NCBI GenBank assembly: GCA_040755855.1
Contig: JBFMAD010000005.1
Span: forward strand, 177,549 to 241,548
Direction: 5' to 3'
DNA: 64,000 nucleotides
Origin: Planctomycetota bacterium
Lineage (GTDB): Bacteria > Planctomycetota > Brocadiia > JAADGH01
Under the pieces are notes generated by a model. That model had not been told where the DNA came from. It did no database searches and worked only from the letters and a program-made list of their open reading frames with translations. Shown here one piece after another: positions 47,712 through 56,749 of this stretch (the stretch's first letter is position 1; every line of letters begins with the position of its first letter). A program made the translations under genes and the position numbers.

Positions 47712-48557
47712 CTATTTCTTTCGCCCCAGGAAGATCGCCCCGATCAGTTTCTTTTCCTGATAGAGCTTCAGATGCTTCGCAAGGCCGCGCGACTCGCAAT
47801 ATTCCATCTCATAGCGCGTCGGAGTTTCCGTATCCACCGTCTCGATGGCGAGGCCGGCCTTCTCGGCGAGAAAGCGGTATTCGTCAAAGAGCATCCGTCG
47901 CTGCAGGTCCGGGGCGTTGCGGGTGTCTTCCTCCGTCAACTTCTCGGTGCGCATCCCTTGTTGGCAGATGAACACCCCATCCTTTTTCAGCACCCGAACA
48001 CATTCTTCCAGCAGCCGCTCCTCGTTGAAGGGCGTGATCGGCGCGCACTGGCGCCAGACGACGTCGAAGGCCTCGGTCTCGAAGGGCATGTTGAACGCAT
48101 TGCCCAGCATGAATGTAACGCGGTCGTCCAGCCGGCTCGCCTTGGTGCGTTTCACCGATTCAAGAACACGCAGAAAGGCCACGTCCAATCCCGTCACCGT
48201 GCAGCCGTACGTTTCGGCCAATTGCCGAGCGGAACCGCCGAGCGCGCTACCCACGTCGAGGACGCTGCTCTGCTCCGAAATTCCCGCCATCTCCGCCAGC
48301 AGGCGCGTCGCGCGGCTTCCGCCGGCGTGCCAGCCGAGGTCTGTATCGGACCTGCAGTCGGCCTCGGTGTAGCCCACCAGTGCGATGTCCTCCTGCGGAT
48401 GATGGGCCTGGACGGTGCGCATCTCGGTCAGAATCTCTTCCTGCGTGACGACCCCCTTCTTGACCAGGAGACGGACCAGGGCGATGTCGAAAACCGAGCC
48501 GCCGAGGATGGCCGATCGCAGCCAGTCTTCATATTCAGCGCCGGACGCCTTTGCCAT
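47712..48557 (-). CDS. Class I SAM-dependent methyltransferase
   Basis: VLDVGSALGG, VTGLD, MPFETEAFDVV, RVLKKDG; GGAGG SD. Confidence 0.85.
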   Translation of the reverse strand: MAKASGAEYEDWLRSAILGGSVFDIALVRLLVKKGVVTQEEILTEMRTVQAHHPQEDIALVGYTEADCRSDTDLGWHAGGSRATRLLAEMAGISEQSSVLDVGSALGGSARQLAETYGCTVTGLDVAFLRVLESVKRTKASRLDDRVTFMLGNAFNMPFETEAFDVVWRQCAPITPFNEERLLEECVRVLKKDGVFICQQGMRTEKLTEEDTRNAPDLQRRMLFDEYRFLAEKAGLAIETVDTETPTRYEMEYCESRGLAKHLKLYQEKKLIGAIFLGRKK

Positions 48558-48603
48558 GTGGCCCTCCGTTATATGCCGATGATATGGACATGAGTGAGGC
48601 AAA

Positions 48604-48632
48604 ATTCTACCGGCAAGAGCAAAGCGAATCAA
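48604..48632 (-). promoter_or_regulatory. Putative sigma70 promoter of the methyltransferase
   Basis: TTGATT-17 nt-TAGAAT. Confidence 0.5.
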
Positions 48633-48716
48633 GGGAATTATGCGGCGTCGTTTGCCCCGGATAGGCGCCGCTGTCCTGCGCCGCGCGCATGAGGAGATCG
48701 CCAGACCGATTTTGCC

Positions 48717-48745
48717 TTGCAACGGATGCGCCGATCTGATACAGT
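48717..48745 (+). promoter_or_regulatory. Putative sigma70 promoter of the 48813 gene
   Basis: TTGCAA-17 nt-TACAGT with an extended TG. Confidence 0.45.
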
Positions 48746-48812
48746 TCCCAGCGGTGCTCCGGCGCACCGCACACCGTGTCTAACGTGTCTCTGAGAGCGA
48801 AGGGAAGACGCC

Positions 48813-51668
48813 TTGAGCAAAAGACAGGCTGAACCATTCCTCTGGCTCCTCTCTATCGTGGCCGTCGCTTCTCTTGCGCTTGGGGTCTGCGCCCAGGAAG
48901 AAAAGGGCAAGAAGGGGGGAAAGGGCAAGAAGGAACCGAAGGGGACGAAGGAGACAAAGGAGGATAAGGGAACGGGGAAGGCCCCGGAGGCTTATGCCCT
49001 CCGAATCAGCGTTTCCGACAAGCGAGCAGGCGCATGGGCCTTTTCGTTCCATCCCCATGACTGCACGGTGACCGGGCTGCGGGGGTGGCGGTTCAGCAAG
49101 TCCGACTCCGCAAGCCTGGAAAAACTCACGGCCAAATTCAAGACGCGCACGCGAAAACTAACCCCCGCCCAGAAAAAGGACGACTCTGTCCCCAAAATGG
49201 ATGACATGGGTCTTGATGTCTTTGTCGTCGGCAGCCCGGACCAAATTCTCGAGCTCAAGGCAACGAAGATCAGCGTCACGTTCGAACTCCGCGAATTGAT
49301 CTTCGGCCAGCCCCTCCAGCACGACAGCAGCGACAAGGTGCAAGTCCGCCGCATCCCTATGCCGATTGACCTCACGCCCACGGACCGGGAGTGCGACTAC
49401 GTCTCGGTCGCCGTGGATTCAAAAAAACAGGCCTGGGCATCCTGGATCGAATACGGCGAGAAGGGGGACAAGCTTCTCCTCGGCGCGGTGACCCCCACCG
49501 GCATCGGCGACGTGTATGATGTGGCGGAAAGGGCCGGACGGTTCTTTAATCCGATCACCGCCGTGGACGAGCGGGATCGCATATGGGTAATCTTCGGCAT
49601 GGAGGAGAAGGGGAACATTGACCTCTACGCCAGGAACCTCAATGGGTTCAAGTGGATGAAAACAGACCGGCTGACTAACCATCCGGCGCCCGACATCAAT
49701 CCGAGCCTCTACCTCGACGCGAAGGGCAAGATCTGGGTCGTCTGGCAATCTGCCCGCGATGGGGATTACGACATCTTTATGAAGCATGTCCATGACGCCA
49801 CGTGGTCGGCGGAGTATTGCGTCACAAGCACCGCCGAGAACGAATGGTTCCCCGCCGTCTGCGCCAACAAGGATGGAATTGCGTTCGTCGCGTATGACGT
49901 TTACCGGGGGAGCGATTACGATATCGCCATGCGAAAGTTTGTCAACGAGAAGTTCGAGGACGCCGGATACGTGGCCGCAACAACGGCAAACGAGACCCAT
50001 GCCTCCCTCCTGGTGGATGCCAAGGACCGGATGTGGATGGCGTGGGAGGAGGGGCCGGGCAAGTGGGGGCGGGAATACCCGCACGGCGACGGCGCAGCGG
50101 TGCACGCGCCTCGGCGGATCCGCTACAAGGTGATCGAGGCGGGGGAGGAAAAGGCCGCCGGCGAACTGACCGCGAACTTCCCGTACGATATGAAAGAGGG
50201 GAATGAGGCGCCGCGACTCGCGGCCGATGACAAGGGGCGGGTGTGGATGGCCTTCCGACACCTCGCCGGCGGACTGACGCCGCGCCGATCCGAGGCCGAC
50301 AGCCTGACGCCTCTTTGGGAAAGCTATGTAACCTATTGCTCAAACAAGGGGTGGTCCGAGCCGATGCCGCTCTCGCGCAGCGAGGGGCGGCAGGAGCAAC
50401 GTCCGCGGCTTTGGCCCGCCAAGGACGGCAAGGTGTGGGCGGCCTGGGCGGGCGACGGGCGCGAGTGCTGGGAGCAAGATGTCTTGCCGCAGCGCTGCAC
50501 CATCCATGCCGGTCCGGTGGACGCCGCGAAGGACGCGGAGGAGCCTGTCGTCGAGGCCCGGCAGGCCGAGGCGCCTGCGGAGAAGCTGAAATCGCGCCGC
50601 GCGATCGGATATGGGACGGTTATTGCAAAAAAGGAATACCGCCTTCTCTTCGGCGACCTGAACCGGCCCACGGAGATGTCCGTTGAGGCCGAGGCGGCGT
50701 GGGGAACGTATGAAGACCTGTTCCGCTATGCCTGGGACCCAGGGGGATTGGATTTCGTCGGCGTGACGGAGAACTTCGCCGATTCCACGCGTCTTTTGCC
50801 CTGGCGGCGCGCGCAGGATTTCATTTTGCTCTACTCAGCCCCCAAACGATTCGTCTCCGTCCTTGGGAATTGGCGAATCGCTCCATTTCCCATCGGTAGT
50901 CGTATTGTGGTTTCGGACTCGCTTGGCGCAGCGCCGATCGGAATCTTCTATGCCGATCCGCGCGCTAAGAAGGTGGCCGAGGATGACGCAAAGAAACTGT
51001 GGGACGCGATCCAGAAGGACGGCAAAACGAGACGCTTGAGCATCCCCATCACGTCGGCGAGCAAGTTGGGGACGGATTGGGGTTGCGGCGCATCTCCGGT
51101 GGAGCCGGTGGTAGAAATTTTCAACGGGGCGCACTGGTCCTACGAGCAGGAGGGCGCGCCGCTGGCGGCGGAGCAGGGGGTCAAGACGGTGCACGAGGGC
51201 TTCGAGGCGGCGGGGTTTGTGTCGAAGGCCCTCTCGAAAGGTATCAAGCTGGGATTCGTCGCGGGATCGGGCCCCGGCTCCTTGCGGTGCGCCTTCACGG
51301 GGGCCTACGTCGAGGAGGCGACGGCGAAGGGCCTTCTTGACGCCTTGCTTGCCCGGCGATGCTATGCCGCGACGGACAGAATCGTCCTCGATTGCCGCGT
51401 CGAGGGCCATTTCATGGGGGAGGAATTCACCGTATCCGAGAAGCCGGAGTTCCACATCCGTGTGATTGGAAGCGATGAAGTAAAGGATCTCGCCGTCATC
51501 AAGAACGGCAAGCCGATCCACACCACCGACCCCGATGGGGCCGATGTCGCCCATTCCTTCACGGATGACAAGGTGGAGGCCGGCAAACCGGCGATCTACT
51601 ACATCCGCGTCATCCAGGACAACGGCAAGATGGCATGGGGCAGCCCGATGTGGATCACGATGAAGTAG
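48813..51668 (+). CDS. Secreted beta-propeller plus degenerate PHP/DUF3604-like protein
   Basis: Signal peptide; repeated P.(L/I)..D..G.(I/V)W.(A/V)W blades; C-terminal FGDL, LDFVGVT, EPVVEIF, RRCYAATD.I, YYIRVIQ..G.MAW.SPMW. Confidence 0.8.
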   Translation: MSKRQAEPFLWLLSIVAVASLALGVCAQEEKGKKGGKGKKEPKGTKETKEDKGTGKAPEAYALRISVSDKRAGAWAFSFHPHDCTVTGLRGWRFSKSDSASLEKLTAKFKTRTRKLTPAQKKDDSVPKMDDMGLDVFVVGSPDQILELKATKISVTFELRELIFGQPLQHDSSDKVQVRRIPMPIDLTPTDRECDYVSVAVDSKKQAWASWIEYGEKGDKLLLGAVTPTGIGDVYDVAERAGRFFNPITAVDERDRIWVIFGMEEKGNIDLYARNLNGFKWMKTDRLTNHPAPDINPSLYLDAKGKIWVVWQSARDGDYDIFMKHVHDATWSAEYCVTSTAENEWFPAVCANKDGIAFVAYDVYRGSDYDIAMRKFVNEKFEDAGYVAATTANETHASLLVDAKDRMWMAWEEGPGKWGREYPHGDGAAVHAPRRIRYKVIEAGEEKAAGELTANFPYDMKEGNEAPRLAADDKGRVWMAFRHLAGGLTPRRSEADSLTPLWESYVTYCSNKGWSEPMPLSRSEGRQEQRPRLWPAKDGKVWAAWAGDGRECWEQDVLPQRCTIHAGPVDAAKDAEEPVVEARQAEAPAEKLKSRRAIGYGTVIAKKEYRLLFGDLNRPTEMSVEAEAAWGTYEDLFRYAWDPGGLDFVGVTENFADSTRLLPWRRAQDFILLYSAPKRFVSVLGNWRIAPFPIGSRIVVSDSLGAAPIGIFYADPRAKKVAEDDAKKLWDAIQKDGKTRRLSIPITSASKLGTDWGCGASPVEPVVEIFNGAHWSYEQEGAPLAAEQGVKTVHEGFEAAGFVSKALSKGIKLGFVAGSGPGSLRCAFTGAYVEEATAKGLLDALLARRCYAATDRIVLDCRVEGHFMGEEFTVSEKPEFHIRVIGSDEVKDLAVIKNGKPIHTTDPDGADVAHSFTDDKVEAGKPAIYYIRVIQDNGKMAWGSPMWITMK

Positions 51669-51671
51669 CCT

Positions 51672-51793
51672 GTAGCCGAACTCGCCAGAGTTCAGGGAAG
51701 GTGGGAGTGCGAGCGTATGGGTGTGTGCCACGCCCAAGGCCGCGTCTTCGCGGGCTTGAGCGTGCGAAGCATCCGGAGCGCGACTTCCGCTAC
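51672..51793. repeat. REP/REPIN-like palindromic element between convergent genes
   Basis: GTAG-CC-GAACTC-GCCA-GAGTTC at the left, inverted GTAGCGGAAGTCGC at the right, central GC hairpin. Confidence 0.5.
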
Positions 51794-51804
51794 CGAGTGA
51801 ACTC

Positions 51805-52107
51805 CTACGGCTTCGCCTCCTGGGCCTGCTTCTGATAGATGAACATAAGATTCCGCACGTAAACAAAACAGTTAAATGCGAAACCGAGGATGAAGACGGG
51901 ATCGGCGCGCTTGATCGCGTAGGCCAGGAGGATCACGCTCCCCACGATGCTCATGTACCAAAAAGCAATGGGGATGATGCTCTCTTTGCGTCGTTCCGAG
52001 ACAATCCATTGGTAAACAAACCGAAGGCCGAAGACAGTCTGGCCGATAAAGCCGAAAATGGCCCACAGGTCGCATTTCGCCCAAATCTCGGCAATGTGTT
52101 GATACAT
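51805..52107 (-). CDS. Lipid A biosynthesis N-terminal domain (LAB_N) membrane protein
   Basis: GFIGQ..F..RFVYQW..SE...S.IP.AFWY.S..G...LAYAI...DPVFI.G. Confidence 0.9.
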   Translation of the reverse strand: MYQHIAEIWAKCDLWAIFGFIGQTVFGLRFVYQWIVSERRKESIIPIAFWYMSIVGSVILLAYAIKRADPVFILGFAFNCFVYVRNLMFIYQKQAQEAKP

Positions 52108-52838
52108 CACTTCTCCTCAATCTCGATCTCATAGCGGAGATACCGCCGCTGCATCCAGCGCACGGCTAAGCAGTCCCGGAACGAAACAAACATCCGATTC
52201 AGCGTTGTATACTTCGACTTGCCATGCTTCCGGGGGAAGTGCCGGACGTCCACCTCCTTCACCCGAAAGCCATTGAGCCGCGCCAGCGTCGGAAAAAAAC
52301 GGTGCATCCCCTCGAACAGCTTGAACCGCTTGACGCACTCCTTCGGAAACACCTTGAGCGAACAGCCCGTGTCCCGGATGTTCTCATGGGTGAGCCTGTT
52401 GCGCACCCCATTGGCGATCCGGGACGAGATTCGCTTCACAAACGAATCCTCCCGCCTGGCCCGACGCCCGCAAACGACCAGGTCCGGTTCGTACTCGTCC
52501 AGGAGTTTCCCAATGTCACGCGGGTCATACTGCAAATCCGCGTCAAGCGTCACGATGATCTCGCCAAGAGCCGCCTTCATTCCCGCATCGAACGCGGCCG
52601 TCTGCCCGCAATTCGACTTGAACTTGACGATGTGGAGAAATGCGTTCTGCGCCTTCAGGTCCTTCATCACCTGAAAGCTATTGTCCGTGCTGCCGTCATC
52701 CACGAGGACCACCTCGAAGGTCCGCCCTATCTCCGTGAGCGCATCCCTCAACTGTTTCACAAGGATGGGAATGTTCTCCTCCTCGTTGTAGATCGGAATC
52801 ACGACGGAGATCTCGGTTCGCGGCGTTTTGTCCGCCAT
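52107..52838 (-). CDS. Glycosyltransferase family 2 (DPM1/ArnC-like polyprenol-phosphate sugar transferase)
   Basis: SVVIPIYNEEEN, VDDGSTD, TLDADLQYDP, DTGCSLK, MHRF. Confidence 0.9.
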   Translation of the reverse strand: MADKTPRTEISVVIPIYNEEENIPILVKQLRDALTEIGRTFEVVLVDDGSTDNSFQVMKDLKAQNAFLHIVKFKSNCGQTAAFDAGMKAALGEIIVTLDADLQYDPRDIGKLLDEYEPDLVVCGRRARREDSFVKRISSRIANGVRNRLTHENIRDTGCSLKVFPKECVKRFKLFEGMHRFFPTLARLNGFRVKEVDVRHFPRKHGKSKYTTLNRMFVSFRDCLAVRWMQRRYLRYEIEIEEK

Positions 52839-52878
52839 TACGGTCGTCCTTTAATATTCGCAAACACGAATAAATAGA

Positions 52879-54180
52879 TTACACGATGAATCGCCCCGGA
52901 TTCATGATGCCGTTCGGGTCGAACGTCTCGCGCAGTCGCCGCATGATGGCCTCCGCGCTGCCGGCCTTCCCCCAAGGGTCCGCCTTCTCCTTCACCTCGC
53001 GCGGGGCGGACTCCACGACGATGTGACCGCCGGCGTCCTCCGCCTCGCGCCTCAGCCGCGTGACGGCCCTGTCCGGGCGACTGGCCTCCGGGGGAATAAA
53101 GACGTACACGATCCCGCTGCCCGCATGGGACACCGTCGCGGCAGGCAGGTTGGTTGCCATAGCGACGATTGGCGCAACCGAGGCGATAGGGACAGAAACT
53201 TTGCACCGCGTCCCCCCCGTGCCGCTGCCCAGCAGACCGGCAAGCGCCGCCCAGAATCGCTCGGCCTCGTCCGGGGCGAGCGTCGCAAACCGGCCTGGAT
53301 TTTTGTTCGACAGCTCGCGCGCCTGCCGTTCAACGGCGTCCTGGAAACCCTCGAAAAGCACGGCGACGGCATGTGAACCATCGGCCTTAAGATTGCATAC
53401 GGGGAAGATGTGGTCAGCCGCGACACGATCCACCAGCTCGATAGCCGACGGCAGGAGGCAGGACGCAAGCAGGCCCCGAACAGCACCGGAAGCGGCTTCC
53501 AGGGAGTCGAAGGTTTGGACGACCGTCCGACGCGTCGTCGGCAGGGGGACAAGCCGAAACGTCGCCTCGGCGATCACGCCCAGCGTGCCAAACGATCCGA
53601 TGAATAGCTTGCACATGTCGTAGCCAGCCACATTCTTTACCGATTTTCCCCCAAACTTGAGCAGGCGGCCATCGGGCGCAACCACCCTCAGCCCAAGGAC
53701 GAAATCGCGGGCCGATCCATACCCGAACCGTCGCGGGCCGCTCGCGTTTGCCGCCAGAACGCCTCCGACCGTCGCGTCTTCGCTCCCCGGCGGGTCCAGA
53801 GGAAGGAATTGTCGCTTTTCCGAAATTCGCGTTTGTAAATCTTTTAGCGTCGCGCCGGCCTCTACCGTCACCGTCAGATTGTCTGCGTCATGCTCGACGA
53901 TCTGATTCATTTGCTTCAATGACAGACAGATGAACTCCTGCGTCTGTGAAAAGAGGCGCCCAAGGCCCATCTTCGTCCCGCCGCCCCGCGGGACCGCCGG
54001 CACGTGCTGCTCGTTCGCCCACGATAGGATCGCCGATACCTCCGCCTCAGACCGGGGCTGGAGGACCATGGCAGGGGGGACGCCCTCCACGGCATGAGCC
54101 GCAAGATCTCGCGGATTCGAGACGAATGCGATGCCAGCACATTTTTCCTGATACGATTCGACTAAACGGTCACTTTTCAT
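52879..54180 (-). CDS. glcE: FAD-binding oxidoreductase, glycolate oxidase GlcE-like
   Basis: PRGGGTK, LPLDPP, ATVGG..A.N.SGPRR..YG..RD, VKNVAGYD, FDP.GIMNPG. Confidence 0.85.
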   Translation of the reverse strand: MKSDRLVESYQEKCAGIAFVSNPRDLAAHAVEGVPPAMVLQPRSEAEVSAILSWANEQHVPAVPRGGGTKMGLGRLFSQTQEFICLSLKQMNQIVEHDADNLTVTVEAGATLKDLQTRISEKRQFLPLDPPGSEDATVGGVLAANASGPRRFGYGSARDFVLGLRVVAPDGRLLKFGGKSVKNVAGYDMCKLFIGSFGTLGVIAEATFRLVPLPTTRRTVVQTFDSLEAASGAVRGLLASCLLPSAIELVDRVAADHIFPVCNLKADGSHAVAVLFEGFQDAVERQARELSNKNPGRFATLAPDEAERFWAALAGLLGSGTGGTRCKVSVPIASVAPIVAMATNLPAATVSHAGSGIVYVFIPPEASRPDRAVTRLRREAEDAGGHIVVESAPREVKEKADPWGKAGSAEAIMRRLRETFDPNGIMNPGRFIV

Positions 54181-55567
54181 CCGCGCTCGGTTCTTCTGTG
54201 GGGAATATCTTGCCGGGGTTGCACAGATCGGCCGGGTCGAACGCGTCCTTGACGCGCTGCATGGCGTCGAGGTCCGAATCGCTGAAGACAAACGACATGG
54301 CATTCTGCTTTTCGATGCCGATTCCGTGCTCGCCGCTCAGCGTGCCGCCTGCGTCCGCACAGGCTTGAAGAATTTCAAAGCCTGCGATACGCGTCGCCTT
54401 CTTCGCCGCTGCGTCGCGCTCGTCATAAAGCAAACACGGGTGCAGGTTTCCGTCGCCAGCGTGAAGGCAGTTGGCCACCTTCAGGCCATGCTTCTTTGCA
54501 ATCTCGACCACCTTCGCCAGCACCTCCGGCAGCTTCGTGCGGGGCACGGTCCCGTCGAGCGTCAGGAAATTCGGCGCCATCCGCGCCAGCGACCCGAAGG
54601 CGCCGCGACGCCCCGCCCAGAGCTGCTCGCGCTCCGTCTCCGATTTTGCGACCCGTACCTCTCGGGCCTTGTGCTCCTTGCATAGGTCCATCACATGCCC
54701 GGCCAGCCGGTCCAGACCATCCCGAATGCCGTCCATCTCGATGAGCAGCACCGCCTCCGCGTCCAACGGGTAGCCGCACTTCAGCGACTCCTCGATGGCA
54801 TGGATGAACGCTCGGTCAAGCATCTCCAGAGTGGCGGGTACGATCCCCGCGGCGATGATGGCCGAGACGGTGTCAGCGGCGTCCTGCAGCGAATCGAAGA
54901 TGGCGAGCATCGTCTTGATCGCCTCCGGCTGGCGGATGATGCGGACGATTATCTTCGTGGCGATCCCGAATGTGCCCTCCGAACCGACCAGCACCCCCGT
55001 CAAGTCATAGCCGGGCGAATCCAACGCCTTGCCGCCGACCTGGATGACCTCTCCGTCCGGCAGCACGACTTCGAGGCCGAGGACATGGTTGGTGGTGACG
55101 CCGTACTTGAGGCAGTGCGGTCCACCGGAGTTCTCGCCGATATTGCCCCCCATGGTGCTCACCTTCTGGCTGGCCGGATCAGGGGCGTAGAGGTATCCAT
55201 TCCTGGCTACTTCGTTCACGAGGTGGAGGTTGACGACGCCGGGTTCCACGACGGCCCGCTGGTTTTCGTAGTCAATCTCAAGGATGCGATTTATGCGGGA
55301 GAGTTCAATGATCACCGCATCTTTGCATACCGTCCCGCCGCTGAGGTTCGTGCCCGCGCCGCGCGGGACGAAAGGAACCTGCTGCTTGTGGAGAAACCTC
55401 ACAACATCGGAGACCTGTCGGGTTGATGTGGGAAAGCAGACCAGCCTGGGGTAGGCCATGTCCACGCCGGCGTCGTACTCGTAGACCAGCAAGTCAACCT
55501 CGCGGTCCAAGACGTTTTCCGCGCCGACGATTTCTCTTAGACGGCTCGCCAAGTGCTGGGTGTCCAT
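54170..55567 (-). CDS. glcD: FAD-linked 2-hydroxyacid oxidase, glycolate oxidase GlcD-like
   Basis: PRGAGTNLSGG, APDPASQ, GGPHCLKYGVT, HAGDGNLHP, SGEHGIG. Confidence 0.9.
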   Translation of the reverse strand: MDTQHLASRLREIVGAENVLDREVDLLVYEYDAGVDMAYPRLVCFPTSTRQVSDVVRFLHKQQVPFVPRGAGTNLSGGTVCKDAVIIELSRINRILEIDYENQRAVVEPGVVNLHLVNEVARNGYLYAPDPASQKVSTMGGNIGENSGGPHCLKYGVTTNHVLGLEVVLPDGEVIQVGGKALDSPGYDLTGVLVGSEGTFGIATKIIVRIIRQPEAIKTMLAIFDSLQDAADTVSAIIAAGIVPATLEMLDRAFIHAIEESLKCGYPLDAEAVLLIEMDGIRDGLDRLAGHVMDLCKEHKAREVRVAKSETEREQLWAGRRGAFGSLARMAPNFLTLDGTVPRTKLPEVLAKVVEIAKKHGLKVANCLHAGDGNLHPCLLYDERDAAAKKATRIAGFEILQACADAGGTLSGEHGIGIEKQNAMSFVFSDSDLDAMQRVKDAFDPADLCNPGKIFPTEEPSADEK

Positions 55568-55612
55568 CGCTACGTGCCTCGAATCCTCGATACGGGCCCC
55601 CATAGATATTCC

Positions 55613-55680
55613 TAATCGTAATCTTGATCATAATCTTAATCTCTTGTTCGGATTACGATTACGATTAGGATTAAGATTAG
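55613..55680. repeat. Inverted hexamer array: 5x TAATCN then 5x GATTAN
   Basis: TAATCG TAATCT TGATCA TAATCT TAATCT, 8-nt loop, GATTAC GATTAC GATTAG GATTAA GATTAG. Confidence 0.8.
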
Positions 55681-55696
55681 GTGTAAGAGCAGGCCA

Positions 55697-56749
55697 TCAC
55701 ACCGAGATCGGATACGCCCCAAACTCAAACGTCGCCTCGATCATGGCCTTGAAGTTCTCGACGGGGACATAGTTGGTCACCGTGTTGCTCGACCCGACCA
55801 TGTACCCGCCGCCCGGAGCGCAGTCGTGGATTCGCTGCCGCACCTCGGCGCGGACCTCCTGCGGCGTGCCGCGGGTCAGGGTATATCCGAGATCGAGGTT
55901 GCCGATGAGGCAGACGCGGTCGCCGATCTTTCGCTTCAATTCCGCGATGTCCATCGCCTTCGGTTCGATCGGCTGAAGGCCGTTGACGCCGATCTCGATC
56001 AGGTCGTCCAGAACCTCGCTCAGGTCGCCGTCGGAATGGAAGAAGAGGGGCAGGTCCTTTTCCTTGCAGACTTGCTTCATCTTTCGCATCCAGGGAAATA
56101 CGTGCTTGCGAAGCACCCTCGGCGACACCATCAGCCCCTCGGTGTAGGCGATGTCGTCTGTGTACCACATCGCGCCGACGTTCTCGATGTCCGCCGCGTT
56201 CCGAAAGATGTCAAGGTGAAGCTGTCCGAGGCGGTCGAACATCCGGGCCACGAGTTCCGGGTTCTCGACCAGCGCCATCGAGAATGTCTCGAAGCCCATG
56301 AGCATCCAGATAGACTCGAAGATGCCTGTGCAGCCGGTGATGACCTTCATCCCATCCCAAAGGTGGCGGCTGACCTCCTCGACATTTGAAAAATCCACGG
56401 ACTCGACCGTAGGCCAGTCGAAGCGCTCGAACTCCGCGTCGTTGGTGATAATGCCGGCGTGTTCGGGCGCCCACTTGCGCGATTCGTCCTTCGCATAGAC
56501 GTTGTAGTCGCCCTGCTTTGCCTGCGCTGCAGCGTATTGGAAATCGTACTTCCCACGCAGCCGCACGTAATCGTATCCTGCCGTTGCCCAGAACTCGACT
56601 TCCTCTGCCGTGGTCCTTACGGGCTTGCCCATGAAGGCGTCTTTGACCATCTGGTCTATCTTCAGCTCGCACAAGGGGACGCGATCCGGCTCTTGACTTA
56701 AGAGCGCCGTGCGCACGCGGTCGAAGTTGGGATCAGGCTTCCGATTCAT
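55697..56749 (-). CDS. Uroporphyrinogen decarboxylase (UroD/MtaA) superfamily protein
   Basis: EPDRVP, DDIAY..G...SP, FHSDG, LIGNLD, GTP.EV, GGGY..GSSN. Confidence 0.85.
   Translation of the reverse strand: MNRKPDPNFDRVRTALLSQEPDRVPLCELKIDQMVKDAFMGKPVRTTAEEVEFWATAGYDYVRLRGKYDFQYAAAQAKQGDYNVYAKDESRKWAPEHAGIITNDAEFERFDWPTVESVDFSNVEEVSRHLWDGMKVITGCTGIFESIWMLMGFETFSMALVENPELVARMFDRLGQLHLDIFRNAADIENVGAMWYTDDIAYTEGLMVSPRVLRKHVFPWMRKMKQVCKEKDLPLFFHSDGDLSEVLDDLIEIGVNGLQPIEPKAMDIAELKRKIGDRVCLIGNLDLGYTLTRGTPQEVRAEVRQRIHDCAPGGGYMVGSSNTVTNYVPVENFKAMIEATFEFGAYPISV

Noticed and set aside
55613..55680. CRISPR array (also considered for the repeats at 35.8 and 62.2 kb)
   Set aside because: Units are 6-8 nt with no unique spacers, and there are no cas genes.
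55697..56749. hemE or mtaA assignment
   Set aside because: It lacks the HemE RQAGR motif and the MtaA HxC...C zinc ligands, so it is left as a superfamily call.
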